Origin: Octopus bimaculoides
Taxonomy: Eukaryota
Reading direction: 5' to 3'
Assembly (NCBI RefSeq): GCF_001194135.2
Contig: NC_069000.1
Location: 11,935,697-11,970,954, forward strand
Length of the DNA stretch: 35,258 bases
The notes beneath the pieces are model-generated. The model made no database searches. It was not told the origin of the DNA and saw only the letters and a list, made by a program, of their open reading frames with translations. Shown piece after piece: positions 1 to 10,971 of the stretch. The position numbers were made by a program, and so were the translations under genes. Every line of letters starts with the position of its first letter. Positions within the stretch are counted from its first letter, which is position 1.

Positions 1-52
<52 letters not shown>

Positions 53-577
53 CACGGAGTCGATTATATATAAACACTCAACATCGAATATCTTCAAGTA
101 CACACTCACACACACACACGCACACACATACAAACACACACATGCATCATACACGGCGCGGTTGCATTAACAAACAAATATGGCGCTAGATTTATTTTGG
201 TAAGGTGAGCCGTGGCATCGCTTGTCTGCGTTGGATGGCAGCAAGGTGGCTGTTAGGTAAAAGCTGAAATATTATCAAATTGTCACTCTATCAAAGCTAG
301 GGAGGAAACAAGTGCCAACAATATCAATTTTCTGTCAAACACAACTTCTTAATATCACCCTAACAATAACACTTTCTATTTTGATTTGCTACATACCAAA
401 ACACAAGCCTTATAATAGTCCGCAACTGGAAAATGATCTATCTGTCTATCAGCCTATCTATATGTTTATGTATGTTGATGTATGTGTGTATGCATGTATG
501 TGTGTATGTATGTGGGTATGTATGCATGCATGTTCGGGTGTATGTGTATATTTTATGTACGTATATACCTATATATG

Positions 578-613
<36 letters not shown>

Positions 614-745
614 AATATATATATATATATGTATGAATATATACCATGTATGTACGCATGCGTGTTTATGTTTGTGTGCATGTGTTTATTGTATGTATAT
701 GTATGTAGACATGTATATCTTTATGTCTATATATATATGTGTGTG

Positions 746-776
<31 letters not shown>

Positions 777-803
777 GCATATATATATACATATATATGC
801 ATG

Positions 804-835
<32 letters not shown>

Positions 836-1419
836 NNNNNNNNNNNNNNNNNNNNNNNNNNNNNNNNNNNNNNNNNNNNNNNNNNNNNNNNNNNNNNNNN
901 NNNNNNNNNNNNNNNNNNNNNNNNNNNNNNNNNNNNNNNNNNNNNNNNNNNNNNNNNNNNNNNNNNNNNNNNNNNNNNNNNNNNNNNNNNNNNNNNNNNN
1001 NNNNNNNNNNNNNNNNNNNNNNNNNNNNNNNNNNNNNNNNNNNNNNNNNNNNNNNNNNNNNNNNNNNNNNNNNNNNNNNNNNNNNNNNNNNNNNNNNNNN
1101 NNNNNNNNNNNNNNNNNNNNNNNNNNNNNNNNNNNNNNNNNNNNNNNNNNNNNNNNNNNNNNNNNNNNNNNNNNNNNNNNNNNNNNNNNNNNNNNNNNNN
1201 NNNNNNNNNNNNNNNNNNNNNNNNNNNNNNNNNNNNNNNNNNNNNNNNNNNNNNNNNNNNNNNNNNNNNNNNNNNNNNNNNNNNNNNNNNNNNNNNNNNN
1301 NNNNNNNNNNNNNNNNNNNNNNNNNNNNNNNNNNNNNNNNNNNNNNNNNNNNNNNNNNNNNNNNNNNNNNNNNNNNNNNNNNNNNNNNNNNNNNNNNNNN
1401 NNNNNNNNNNNNNNNNNNN
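836..1419. other. Assembly gap (first of 12)
   Basis: N-runs at 836-1419, 2696-2907, 4670-4925, 5493-6166, 7103-7183, 10746-10802, 15500-16316, 18888-19107, 26312-27229, 29995-30094, 30373-30382 and 34481-34695. Confidence 0.95.
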
Positions 1420-2645
1420 ATATATATATATATTTGTATACACATACATGCAATACACACACATACACTCATACAACCATGCGGACACATTGATATGCAT
1501 ATGTGACTGTTTGTGTGCGTTAAAGTTTACGTGTATTTTGCACACATACATTTGTAGTACACTTATCTATACAAACATTAACATGGCCTTTAGTTCTGCA
1601 CTTTTGTTTATACAATATAGCTCGGCCCATTCTGGAGCGCCACCTTCAGTGAGGTGAAGGACAGATGTACTCTATGGCTTGTTTCTACTGTACAGCGCGT
1701 TGTTTAAGTTTGCTTCCCGCCATCTGCAATGCTAGATAGTGGAGCGTTAATAGCTTGGTCGAGGTTACACTATCACTGCTAATATAACATCAGATAGCAG
1801 ATGAATATTTCGAGATGCTTGAAAATAATGCATCCATGTTACATTGCCTTTAGATCCCAAGAAAACACTGGCTACGTTTTTTCTTTCTTTTCATTCAGTC
1901 CTTTTTGAATGCAACAAAATGTCAGGTCACCCCAAGCCACAGCGAAGGTATCTTTTGCCTGATGAGTTGCTAACGGATTCACCCTCGTTTGGGTAATTAC
2001 TACTTCCAAGGTTCTCCTACCTAGGAATATGTAATTTATATTCTAACATAATATAAGATCAAAACTAATGTAATGAATTCTTTAGCGAGCAAAATCAAGT
2101 TAAAGAATTTGGAATGAGGGAAAAAGTGAGAAGAAACATCGCTTTGTCTTGTCTTTTTTCTGACCGCAACTATGTTGTTCCCAAGAATTATTTAATTACA
2201 GGATAGAACTCGAGGATGAAGTTAAGAGATATTGTGTAAGGGTGCGCATCTCGTAGAACTCGGTAATAATCTGAAATCAAGCGTGAGAACCTCCGTCAGG
2301 ATGTGAGAGGGTGCAGTCATTCCCCATCAACCTAGACAGGGATGATAAAAAATAATGAGATGTAAAAATACATCATCTATTCATGAGAGGAATCCAAAAA
2401 CATTAGAGGAATATGAGACTGCAAAGATACATGTACACACAGAAAGACGGATGCTTGAGTTAAACATGAATATATGTGTTTACACATTCAACTCTCTCAC
2501 CCCTCTCTCCCCTTCTCTCTCTCCTACTATCTTTCTTTCACTTTCTTTCTGTTTTTTTTTTTTATATATAGACACGGACATTTTAAAAATTGATATGCAC
2601 ATATATATATTTGCATCTATTTGTCTGTCTGTCTGTTTATCTATC

Positions 2646-2676
<31 letters not shown>

Positions 2677-2907
2677 CTATCTGATATATATATATNNNNN
2701 NNNNNNNNNNNNNNNNNNNNNNNNNNNNNNNNNNNNNNNNNNNNNNNNNNNNNNNNNNNNNNNNNNNNNNNNNNNNNNNNNNNNNNNNNNNNNNNNNNNN
2801 NNNNNNNNNNNNNNNNNNNNNNNNNNNNNNNNNNNNNNNNNNNNNNNNNNNNNNNNNNNNNNNNNNNNNNNNNNNNNNNNNNNNNNNNNNNNNNNNNNNN
2901 NNNNNNN

Positions 2908-2938
<31 letters not shown>

Positions 2939-3129
2939 TACCTATATATATATACATTCATATATTACATACAAAATTAAGAGGAATGACCACCAAGGTG
3001 GACTCCTAATATACTAAAGATAGACGTCAAATCGCCTTACCACGAAGAGTCTGTTCTCAAGAAAAATTTTTCGCAAAACGCCAGAATGTAAAAATGAGCA
3101 AATGAAAATATACAAAATAAAAAACGATT

Positions 3130-3199
3130 GCCTACGTACCAATGGTTTCGCTTGTTAATATATACGAATGTATTTGTCTGAAGACTCATCAGCGTAGTC
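3130..3199 (-). ncRNA. Type I hammerhead ribozyme motif (complete core)
   Basis: The minus strand reads CUACG-CUGAUGA-G[34 nt]C-GAAA-CCAUUGG-UA/CGUAG. Stem I CUACG:CGUAG is 5 bp (3197-3193 with 3136-3132). Core CUGAUGA is at 3192-3186, G10.1-C11.1 at 3185/3150 and GAAA at 3149-3146. Stem III is ACCA-U-UGGU, with a GUA cleavage triplet. Stem II is weak and has a long loop. Confidence 0.65.
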
Positions 3200-3349
3200 T
3201 GTCGCTTACAAAACATAATTTCCAGAACTAGACACAGAACGCCTAACCGAAAGAGAGCATGTATAAAGTTCTGCAAATTATATTTGGGAGTATTTTTCAA
3301 ATATCTTCATTTTGGCGCGCTGAAACCGAAAATAACTCTGACGCTAAAG

Positions 3350-3760
3350 AATTTTGTCCGGCGTGCTAACGGTTCTGGCTTGAAATTTTAGGAGAGGTGG
3401 GGCTAGATGATTACATCCACCTCAGTACTCGACTGATACTTAATTTATCGACCCCATACAGACGAAAGGCAAAGCTAGTATCGGCAGAATTTGAACTCAG
3501 AACGTAAAGACGGTCGAAATGGCAGTTTACATTTTGTCCATTGTGCTAATGATTCTATAGCTCGGTGACATTTAATAGTTTCAAATTTTGGCACAAGGCC
3601 AGTGACTCTGAGTGGAAAAAGCAAGACAATTACATTGCCCCCCAGTACTTGACTGGTATTTATTTTATCTTTCTAGAATGGATGAAAGACAAAAGTAGAA
3701 CTCAACGGGATTTGAACCCACAACCTAAAGAACCGGAAAAAATGCTGCAAGGTATATTGT
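3350..3760 (-). mobile_element. Cluster of decayed copies of the second SINE family
   Basis: GGCGTGCTAACGGTTCTG (head piece), GAATTTGAACTCAGAACG (~3487-3505) and GATTTGAACC (~3709) align with 8200-8350. Confidence 0.65.
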
Positions 3761-4442
3761 TCGACAATAATAATAATTCTTTATTTATTAACAACATCAC
3801 TTGAATAGAAAAAGAAAAGAAAGAAAGAACAAATAACAACAGCAACATCCTATTTAATACGGCCAATGCATAAATGACTTGCAATAGAGCAGTGTTGCAT
3901 GAGATGTAAGAGACATGATGGTGGAGGTGGAGGAAGAGGTGACGATGAAGAAAGGTGTTAGAAAAATTGTTCAGTCAGTCAAACCTGGCATATTAGAAGG
4001 GGTTAAAGACATAATTACCGACTTTTCGACACTTTCCACTTGTCACTATTGACTGTATAATGTGACAAAGTACATCCCCCGAATAGAGCACTGGACATAA
4101 ACTAAACAGAGAAAATTACGTAGAGCGACAAACAGACAGGCAAACAGACCGACAGACAGAAACATAGACAGACGAACACCATCTCACGCACACACACACA
4201 CACATATATGTGTGTGTAAATGTGTATGCGTGTTTACGCTTATGCTTGTATGTATGTGTGTGTGTGTGTGCGTTAACTGACACGCACATACACAAAAGTT
4301 AAACACATATTTTAGTCAATCATTGTTTAATTACGACGAAATTAAAAAATAAGAACTAATCTTATCAAGCCGTCTGCGTCTTTTTGATGGGAGTGGGGAA
4401 TGTAGTAGCCATCACACGGACAACGAGGGTGAGGGCGAGAGA

Positions 4443-4481
<39 letters not shown>

Positions 4482-4580
4482 AAGGATAAAGGAGGGATGT
4501 GTGGTTTCGATTCTCGTTGACAGCCTCAATCATCTGTCAGCTTGATTTTTCGGTATGGCGTAGCAGTAAATGACGGACAA

Positions 4581-4612
<32 letters not shown>

Positions 4613-5385
4613 TAATAATAAAACGGAAAGAAAACCATTGAGAAAACAATGGAGGCAATGACTCAAGCCNNNNNNNNNNNNNNNNNNNNNNNNNNNNNNN
4701 NNNNNNNNNNNNNNNNNNNNNNNNNNNNNNNNNNNNNNNNNNNNNNNNNNNNNNNNNNNNNNNNNNNNNNNNNNNNNNNNNNNNNNNNNNNNNNNNNNNN
4801 NNNNNNNNNNNNNNNNNNNNNNNNNNNNNNNNNNNNNNNNNNNNNNNNNNNNNNNNNNNNNNNNNNNNNNNNNNNNNNNNNNNNNNNNNNNNNNNNNNNN
4901 NNNNNNNNNNNNNNNNNNNNNNNNNTGTGTACAAGACTACTTTCGTATTCGTTAAGGGTCACTCGACAGCATGGTAAATAATTATAGCTACTTACTAGGC
5001 CTAACTTTGGCCATATTTATAATAAATGTGAGCTCTAAAAAGAAATATTTTGTCTGTAACATTTTCTTCCATTTTGTTGTCTTTTTTTGTCGTACAGGTG
5101 CCATGTTTTTCCGTCTTTCTATATTTTTCTGTTCCTGTTTGTTCACGGGGTTTTGAACAGGAAATGAGCCATTTGTCAAATATGTATTATTATATATTAT
5201 TATATTGTATACACCTACCGGAAGAAATATTTCCGATTGTTTTTATAATATATATCAGAAATGATACAGACTTATATACCTGTTAGAATAATGGTTTACT
5301 GGATGCCACACAGAATTATGATAGCAGTATACGTTTGTGTACGTATGTATACGTATCAATATGGTGTCTGTCAAGCATATATGCA

Positions 5386-5401
5386 TACGCCCTAGATCCT
5401 T

Positions 5402-5442
<41 letters not shown>

Positions 5443-5455
5443 GCCCTAGATCCTT

Positions 5456-5492
<37 letters not shown>
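5386..5492 (+). repeat. Tandem unit TACGCCCTAGATCCTTGATT+(GT)n x2 abutting a gap
   Basis: An identical 20-mer occurs at 5386 and 5440, each followed by (GT)n. Confidence 0.85.
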
Positions 5493-6542
5493 NNNNNNNN
5501 NNNNNNNNNNNNNNNNNNNNNNNNNNNNNNNNNNNNNNNNNNNNNNNNNNNNNNNNNNNNNNNNNNNNNNNNNNNNNNNNNNNNNNNNNNNNNNNNNNNN
5601 NNNNNNNNNNNNNNNNNNNNNNNNNNNNNNNNNNNNNNNNNNNNNNNNNNNNNNNNNNNNNNNNNNNNNNNNNNNNNNNNNNNNNNNNNNNNNNNNNNNN
5701 NNNNNNNNNNNNNNNNNNNNNNNNNNNNNNNNNNNNNNNNNNNNNNNNNNNNNNNNNNNNNNNNNNNNNNNNNNNNNNNNNNNNNNNNNNNNNNNNNNNN
5801 NNNNNNNNNNNNNNNNNNNNNNNNNNNNNNNNNNNNNNNNNNNNNNNNNNNNNNNNNNNNNNNNNNNNNNNNNNNNNNNNNNNNNNNNNNNNNNNNNNNN
5901 NNNNNNNNNNNNNNNNNNNNNNNNNNNNNNNNNNNNNNNNNNNNNNNNNNNNNNNNNNNNNNNNNNNNNNNNNNNNNNNNNNNNNNNNNNNNNNNNNNNN
6001 NNNNNNNNNNNNNNNNNNNNNNNNNNNNNNNNNNNNNNNNNNNNNNNNNNNNNNNNNNNNNNNNNNNNNNNNNNNNNNNNNNNNNNNNNNNNNNNNNNNN
6101 NNNNNNNNNNNNNNNNNNNNNNNNNNNNNNNNNNNNNNNNNNNNNNNNNNNNNNNNNNNNNNNNNNATATATATATATATATATATAATGTATGTTCATA
6201 TATGTGTATATAACGGGGGAAATGCTATAGTGACGATGTATTGATATATTAATGATGAAATAACATGAATGCGGATATGTCAAAAGATTAGTGTTTCGTA
6301 TAGCTTCTAACTATATCGAAAATGAGGGCCAAGAAGAAGACTGAGTCAAACAGGAAGTCGATAGATGTAAGCTACTACTTGTCAATAAAGAGAACAAGAA
6401 AGTCCTACTGGATCTACAACGGAAGTGGCCTTCACGTCACCATGAACATGTTGTTCGTCTATCTGTTTGTCTCCATACATGTATCTACATATGTGCACAT
6501 AGGTTTGTATATATTATATTGTATATGTATGTGCGTGGGAGG

Positions 6543-6544
<2 letters not shown>

Positions 6545-6627
<83 letters not shown>

Positions 6628-6628
6628 T
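6545..6628. repeat. (GT)n microsatellite
   Basis: Directly visible. Other long tracts include (TA)n 1-48, (AAC)n ~8373-8439, (AC)n ~8651-8728, (TTA)n ~9060-9133, (CT)n ~17073-17133 and ~29065-29178, (AG)n ~18233-18376, (AGAC/AGAT)n ~19910-20065, (AGAT)n ~34905-34945 and (GT)n at the window end. Confidence 0.95.
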
Positions 6629-7005
6629 GAATATGGTATAGTTTCCAATGAATGAGACTTGTGTTTCCGGGTTGGAAACCGGCTCTTATTCTATTAGGGA
6701 GAAACTAAGACAATATAAACAGATTAAACCTACATACATGAATTCGTTCATATGTACATGCACACACAACGTACATGCATACATACATACATACATACAT
6801 ACATACATTCCAACATACACAAAACATTCACACAGACAAATATACATACTACGCACAAGCATATATGCATATACATTTGCCTGCATACGTACACATGCGC
6901 ATACATACATGCATAATACATTCATACATACATACATACATACATACGCATATACATACGTGCATACTTATATATAGGTGTGTGTGAGTGCATATACCTA
7001 CCTAG

Positions 7006-7061
<56 letters not shown>

Positions 7062-7542
7062 ATGTGTGTGTGTATATATGTATATGTATATATATATTAT
7101 TTNNNNNNNNNNNNNNNNNNNNNNNNNNNNNNNNNNNNNNNNNNNNNNNNNNNNNNNNNNNNNNNNNNNNNNNNNNNNNNNNNGAATAGCACAGAAGTAA
7201 ATCTAAGACATTTCAATTTAAGAAGGAATATAATAAAATGATTTAAATGCTATTTAAAGAAATTATTACCGGTTCGATGGTGAATCTCATATTACCAAAT
7301 ATCAGTAAAATTTATAAAAACTTGAAGTAAAAACAATTTATCTTCTGTTTGGGAGTCAAAAACATGTCATATATATATATATATATGAGAAAAAGAAAAC
7401 AGACAAATTGAGACATAGATATTAATTTATTAGAACATATTTTTAATTCCAAACAAAAACAAACCTACAATTGCTTCCATGTCAAATTAATTCAATTTGA
7501 GAAATTAATTTAAATTAAATTAGATTAAAGTTTCATATTGAA

Positions 7543-7779
7543 TATAGCTAACTGGACATTTCTTTAGGGAAAGTATTTGAAAGAAATGAGCTACATTCCA
7601 ATATGTTGGTAGATTCAGATATGAGCGTTTTTGCATATACACACAAGTAACGGGGTTTTTTTTTAATACATTGGAAGCAAAAACGCACATATCTGAGTCT
7701 ATCAGGGATCTACCAATAGATTGGAGTGTAGCTCCTTTCTATCAAATTCTTCCCTTGACGAAATATCCAATTAGCTATA
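7543..7779. mobile_element. Long-TIR MITE / fold-back element
   Basis: Arm 7543-7634 (TATAGCTAACTGGACATTTC...GAGCTACATTCCAAT...TCAGATATGAGCGTTTTTGC) is an imperfect reverse complement of 7677-7779, with one ~9-nt indel. The spacer is 42 nt. Confidence 0.75.
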
Positions 7780-8165
7780 GATGTTTTGCAAACAGCTTGC
7801 ATATGCAGGTGCTACCAGTCGAGAACTCCACATACCGGAAGCCAGCAAGTGTATGGGGTCATCAAGAGAGAATGCGCGCCGTTTCGGGGCCTACCTCTCG
7901 ACGGCATCAATGTGCACCGCCCCCCCCCTCATTGGTATTAGGCCCCACTTGCTAGATCAACTGGTTATTAAATAAAGCTCAATATTCTTCTAGCCATCGC
8001 TCATCGTCTCTATTTAACCAAATGCAGTGGCTAGCCTTTTCCACTATAGTTTGGATATCTGTCATGGTTGTATTTACTTTACGATGAATTAGGCCTAACG
8101 ATAACAACAGTCGTCTCACATTGTACCCAACAAACCCTCTACACTATGAGAAGTTCATTTAATAC

Positions 8166-8361
8166 AAGGCCCTGAAAATTTTAGAGAAGAGAACTAGTCG
8201 ATTACATCGACCCCAGTGTTTCACTGGTGCTTAATTTATCGATCCGAAATGATGAAAGACAAAGTCGACCTCGGCGGAATTTGAACTCAGAACGCGAAAG
8301 GCGGACAAAATACCGCTAAGCATTTCGCCCAGCGTGCTAACGATTCTGCCAGTTCGCCGCC
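8166..8361 (-). mobile_element. tRNA-derived SINE (second family), near full length
   Basis: The minus strand has an A-box-like TGGCAGAATCG (8351-8341) and a B box GAGTTCAAATTCC (8288-8276). The body CGCCGAGGTCGACTTTG.CTTTCATC...CTGGGGTCGATGTAATCGAC recurs elsewhere in the window. Confidence 0.8.
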
Positions 8362-8372
8362 TTAATATTATT

Positions 8373-8441
<69 letters not shown>

Positions 8442-8648
8442 AATAAAAATAATAATAATAAAATGAAATGAAGTGCGTAAGCTGATATTTGGATGGTAAC
8501 AACGAACTGTAGCTCGTGCACGACTTGAGTGTAGTTTTATAATTGGGAAGGTTTTACGTCGTTTAAAATAGCAGAGAATGTATATTTTCAAAGTAGACTT
8601 CATTTCAAACATCCATGGCAACCACGTCGCAAAAGTCAACAAACAAAA

Positions 8649-8732
<84 letters not shown>

Positions 8733-9058
8733 CAGTCACACACGCATGCTCAAAATACAAACCGAATAGAAACCGACACAAGAATTTATCTTAAAACTTA
8801 TAACGGGAACGACTCATATTTCACTTAACTGAGAAACCATTCCAAACGAAAATTGGACCGAAAGGACGGTCTTGCGATAAGGTATGGACACATAAAATGC
8901 CTTAAAAACAACAAGGACGACAATAAACAAATATAGTACTAATTCTAGAGCGATAGAGTCAGAAAGAAGAACTACAAGCTTTCAGATCTATTTGGCAGCT
9001 AAAGGTCAGAAACACATAATTCTTCAGTTTTCAACAAACTCCTTATTTCTTCTCGTAG

Positions 9059-9107
<49 letters not shown>

Positions 9108-9912
9108 GTTATTGTTATTATTATTATTATTATGAAAGTCATCAATAATCTATATTACACGTGTGACACAATCGAGCCTGTATTAGATTTGGAGATGTTG
9201 AAGGGTGACAAGACTCATGTAACAACATAGCCGAAGAAAAGACGTAGTTTAGCCTACGTCAGAAACGCATACAATCGGCCATGTTGTCAGTTCGTTGAGG
9301 GAGGTCTATTACATTTTTATAACAAACGTTGACGGCAAGAAATATATTCACAGGGCAATAAAAAATTAAGAAAATAGCAGTAAAAATTTTGTTCTTAGTA
9401 TAGAGTTCTAATTGTTTTTGTTTTTTTTTGTTTAGTCACCTTACTGATATCGTATACGACAATATTGACCCCTGGGCGTATTTCGGTCTACTATAGACTT
9501 TGTCAACCCTATTTGTTGAATCGCTTTTTTACACTGAAGTGAACAGAAAGATACGTACATGACTCCATGCAAGTCTCATATACATTTACATGTGTGTGTG
9601 TGTACATACATATTTATGCATATCTCTCTCTATATATATATATATATCTATCTATCTATCTATCTACTATTTTTCTATCTATCTATATATCAATATATCA
9701 ATATATAATTTAGAGAAAAGAACCAAAGTCCATGAACTCATCCATGAAAATCAAGTCACATATATTATATATTATATATTTATATATTATATACTGTGAA
9801 ACTTTATTTAATTTCAATTTTTGATAAATTAATTTTAATTGAGTTTTTACCTGTAAATTTGGATTTTTATATATACATTTGACGGATATTTCTCCTCATC
9901 TTGTTTGTTGTT

Positions 9913-9958
9913 AACACAACGTTTCGGCTGATATACCCTCCAGCCTTCATCAGGTGTC
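9913..9958 (-). ncRNA. Minimal type I hammerhead ribozyme with palindromic stem III (Penelope-like-element type)
   Basis: The minus strand reads GACAC-CUGAUGA-A-GGCUG(GAGGGUAUAU)CAGCC-GAAACGUU/GUGUU. Stem I GACAC:GUGUU and stem II GGCUG:CAGCC are 5 bp each. Stem III is reduced to the palindrome ACGU. The GUU triplet predicts a cut between 9918 and 9917. Confidence 0.8.
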
Positions 9959-10005
9959 TTGGGGAAATTTTGAACCTAGGTTCTCATTCCTTAGGTATTT
10001 TTCGA

Positions 10006-10039
<34 letters not shown>

Positions 10040-10048
10040 GTTATTATT

Positions 10049-10071
10049 CCGAGTTAGATTCCAGGCAGTGA

Positions 10072-10075
<4 letters not shown>
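10049..10075 (+). mobile_element. tRNA-like Pol III B-box fragment (SINE head remnant) between opposed trinucleotide tracts
   Basis: GAGTTAGATTCC (10051-10062) resembles the B box GGTTCGANTCC. It is flanked by (TTA)n at 10008-10048 and (AAT)n at 10076-10120. Confidence 0.45.
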
Positions 10076-10120
<45 letters not shown>

Positions 10121-10203
10121 TATAATAAAAATGGTCGTTAGTTTTTCAATCCATAGAAAAATTGTTAATTTGCCATGTTTGTATATCTACTGAATAGACT
10201 ACA

Positions 10204-10645
10204 TGTGTGGTGAGAAGTTTGCTTCCCAACCACATGGTTCCAGGTTCAGTCCCACTTTGTGGCACTTTGGGCAAGTGTCTTCTACAATAGTTTCGGGTTG
10301 ACCAAAGCCTTGCGAGTGGATTTGGTAGACGGAAACTGTAAGAAGCTTGTCGTACATGTATATCTATGTATTTATGTGTGTGTGTATGTGTCTGTGTGTC
10401 TGTGTTTGTCAATACAGTACAGTACATTATAGGATACCAAAAACAAAAATAAAAAAAGAGACATTATCGCGAGAAGAGAAATATTAACAGCTAATACTAC
10501 ATTCGTTTGACAACCAATGTTGGTGCGTTTATGTCCTCGTATCTTAGCGGTTCGGCAAAACAGTCCGAGAGAATAAGTAATAGGCTTACAAAGAATAAGT
10601 CCTGGGATTAATTTCTTCGAATACAACCTTTTAAGGCAGTAACCC
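10204..10645 (+). mobile_element. tRNA-derived SINE (third family) with internal (GT)n
   Basis: The head TGTGTGGTGAGAAGTTTGCTTCCCAACCACATGGTTCCAGGTTCAGTCCC has a B-box-like GGTTCAGTCCC (10243-10253). The 3' part (GGTTCGGCAAAA...GAATAAGT...CTTACAAAGAATAAGTCCTGGG) is shared with 21240-21300. Confidence 0.75.
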
Positions 10646-10721
10646 TTAAAGAATAAAAGAATAAACGAATATATATAAGACTAAATAAATGGAGTTATAT
10701 GCATGTGTTAAATGATTTCTT

Positions 10722-10745
10722 TTATTTCTGACATATGTTTCGACG
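10722..10745 (-). ncRNA. 3' half of a probable minimal hammerhead ribozyme, truncated by an assembly gap
   Basis: The minus strand reads CGUC-GAAAC-AUAU-GUC/AGAAAUAAA. It has GAAA, a palindromic stem III ACAUAUGU and a canonical GUC triplet. The CUGANGA half would fall in the N-run 10746-10802. Confidence 0.4.
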
Positions 10746-10971
10746 NNNNNNNNNNNNNNNNNNNNNNNNNNNNNNNNNNNNNNNNNNNNNNNNNNNNNNN
10801 NNTTTTTGTTGAATTAATCATCATATGCGTTTATGTCTACCGCTACACACTGGTCCTTTGTACTGCTTATATCAATGCGTCACTTAGCGATTCCTTAAAG
10901 AAAATGTTAATAAAATAAAACCCACTCTGAAAGACATTCTGATGTCGTTGCCATTGATTGAAACCATTGAA

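Noticed and set aside
1621-1653. 33-nt micro-exon candidate (LGPFWSATFSE)
   Set aside because: The donor GTGAAG is weak and there is no homology support.
312-1657. Long ORFs of 250-430 aa here and at 5255-6283, 15248-16576, 25991-27443 and 34203-34829
   Set aside because: They are open only because they cross N-runs and dinucleotide repeats (YIYI/VCVC/THTH translations).
1949-1990. CTGATGAG hammerhead-like core
   Set aside because: No stem II or GAAA follows.
5386-5492. Tandem 20-mer+(GT)n as a biological array
   Set aside because: Only two units directly against a gap, so it may be a contig-end artefact.
7671-7975. ORFs of 94 and 64 aa and multiple CCAAT boxes
   Set aside because: The 5' part, including three of the CCAAT/ATTGG motifs, lies inside the fold-back element, and the peptides show no homology cues.
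9450-9510. Minus-strand UUGACAA-GUCU/AGAC-CGAAAUACG hammerhead-like string and 10-bp palindrome TCGTATACGA
   Set aside because: Two core mismatches and no stem I. At best a dead relic.
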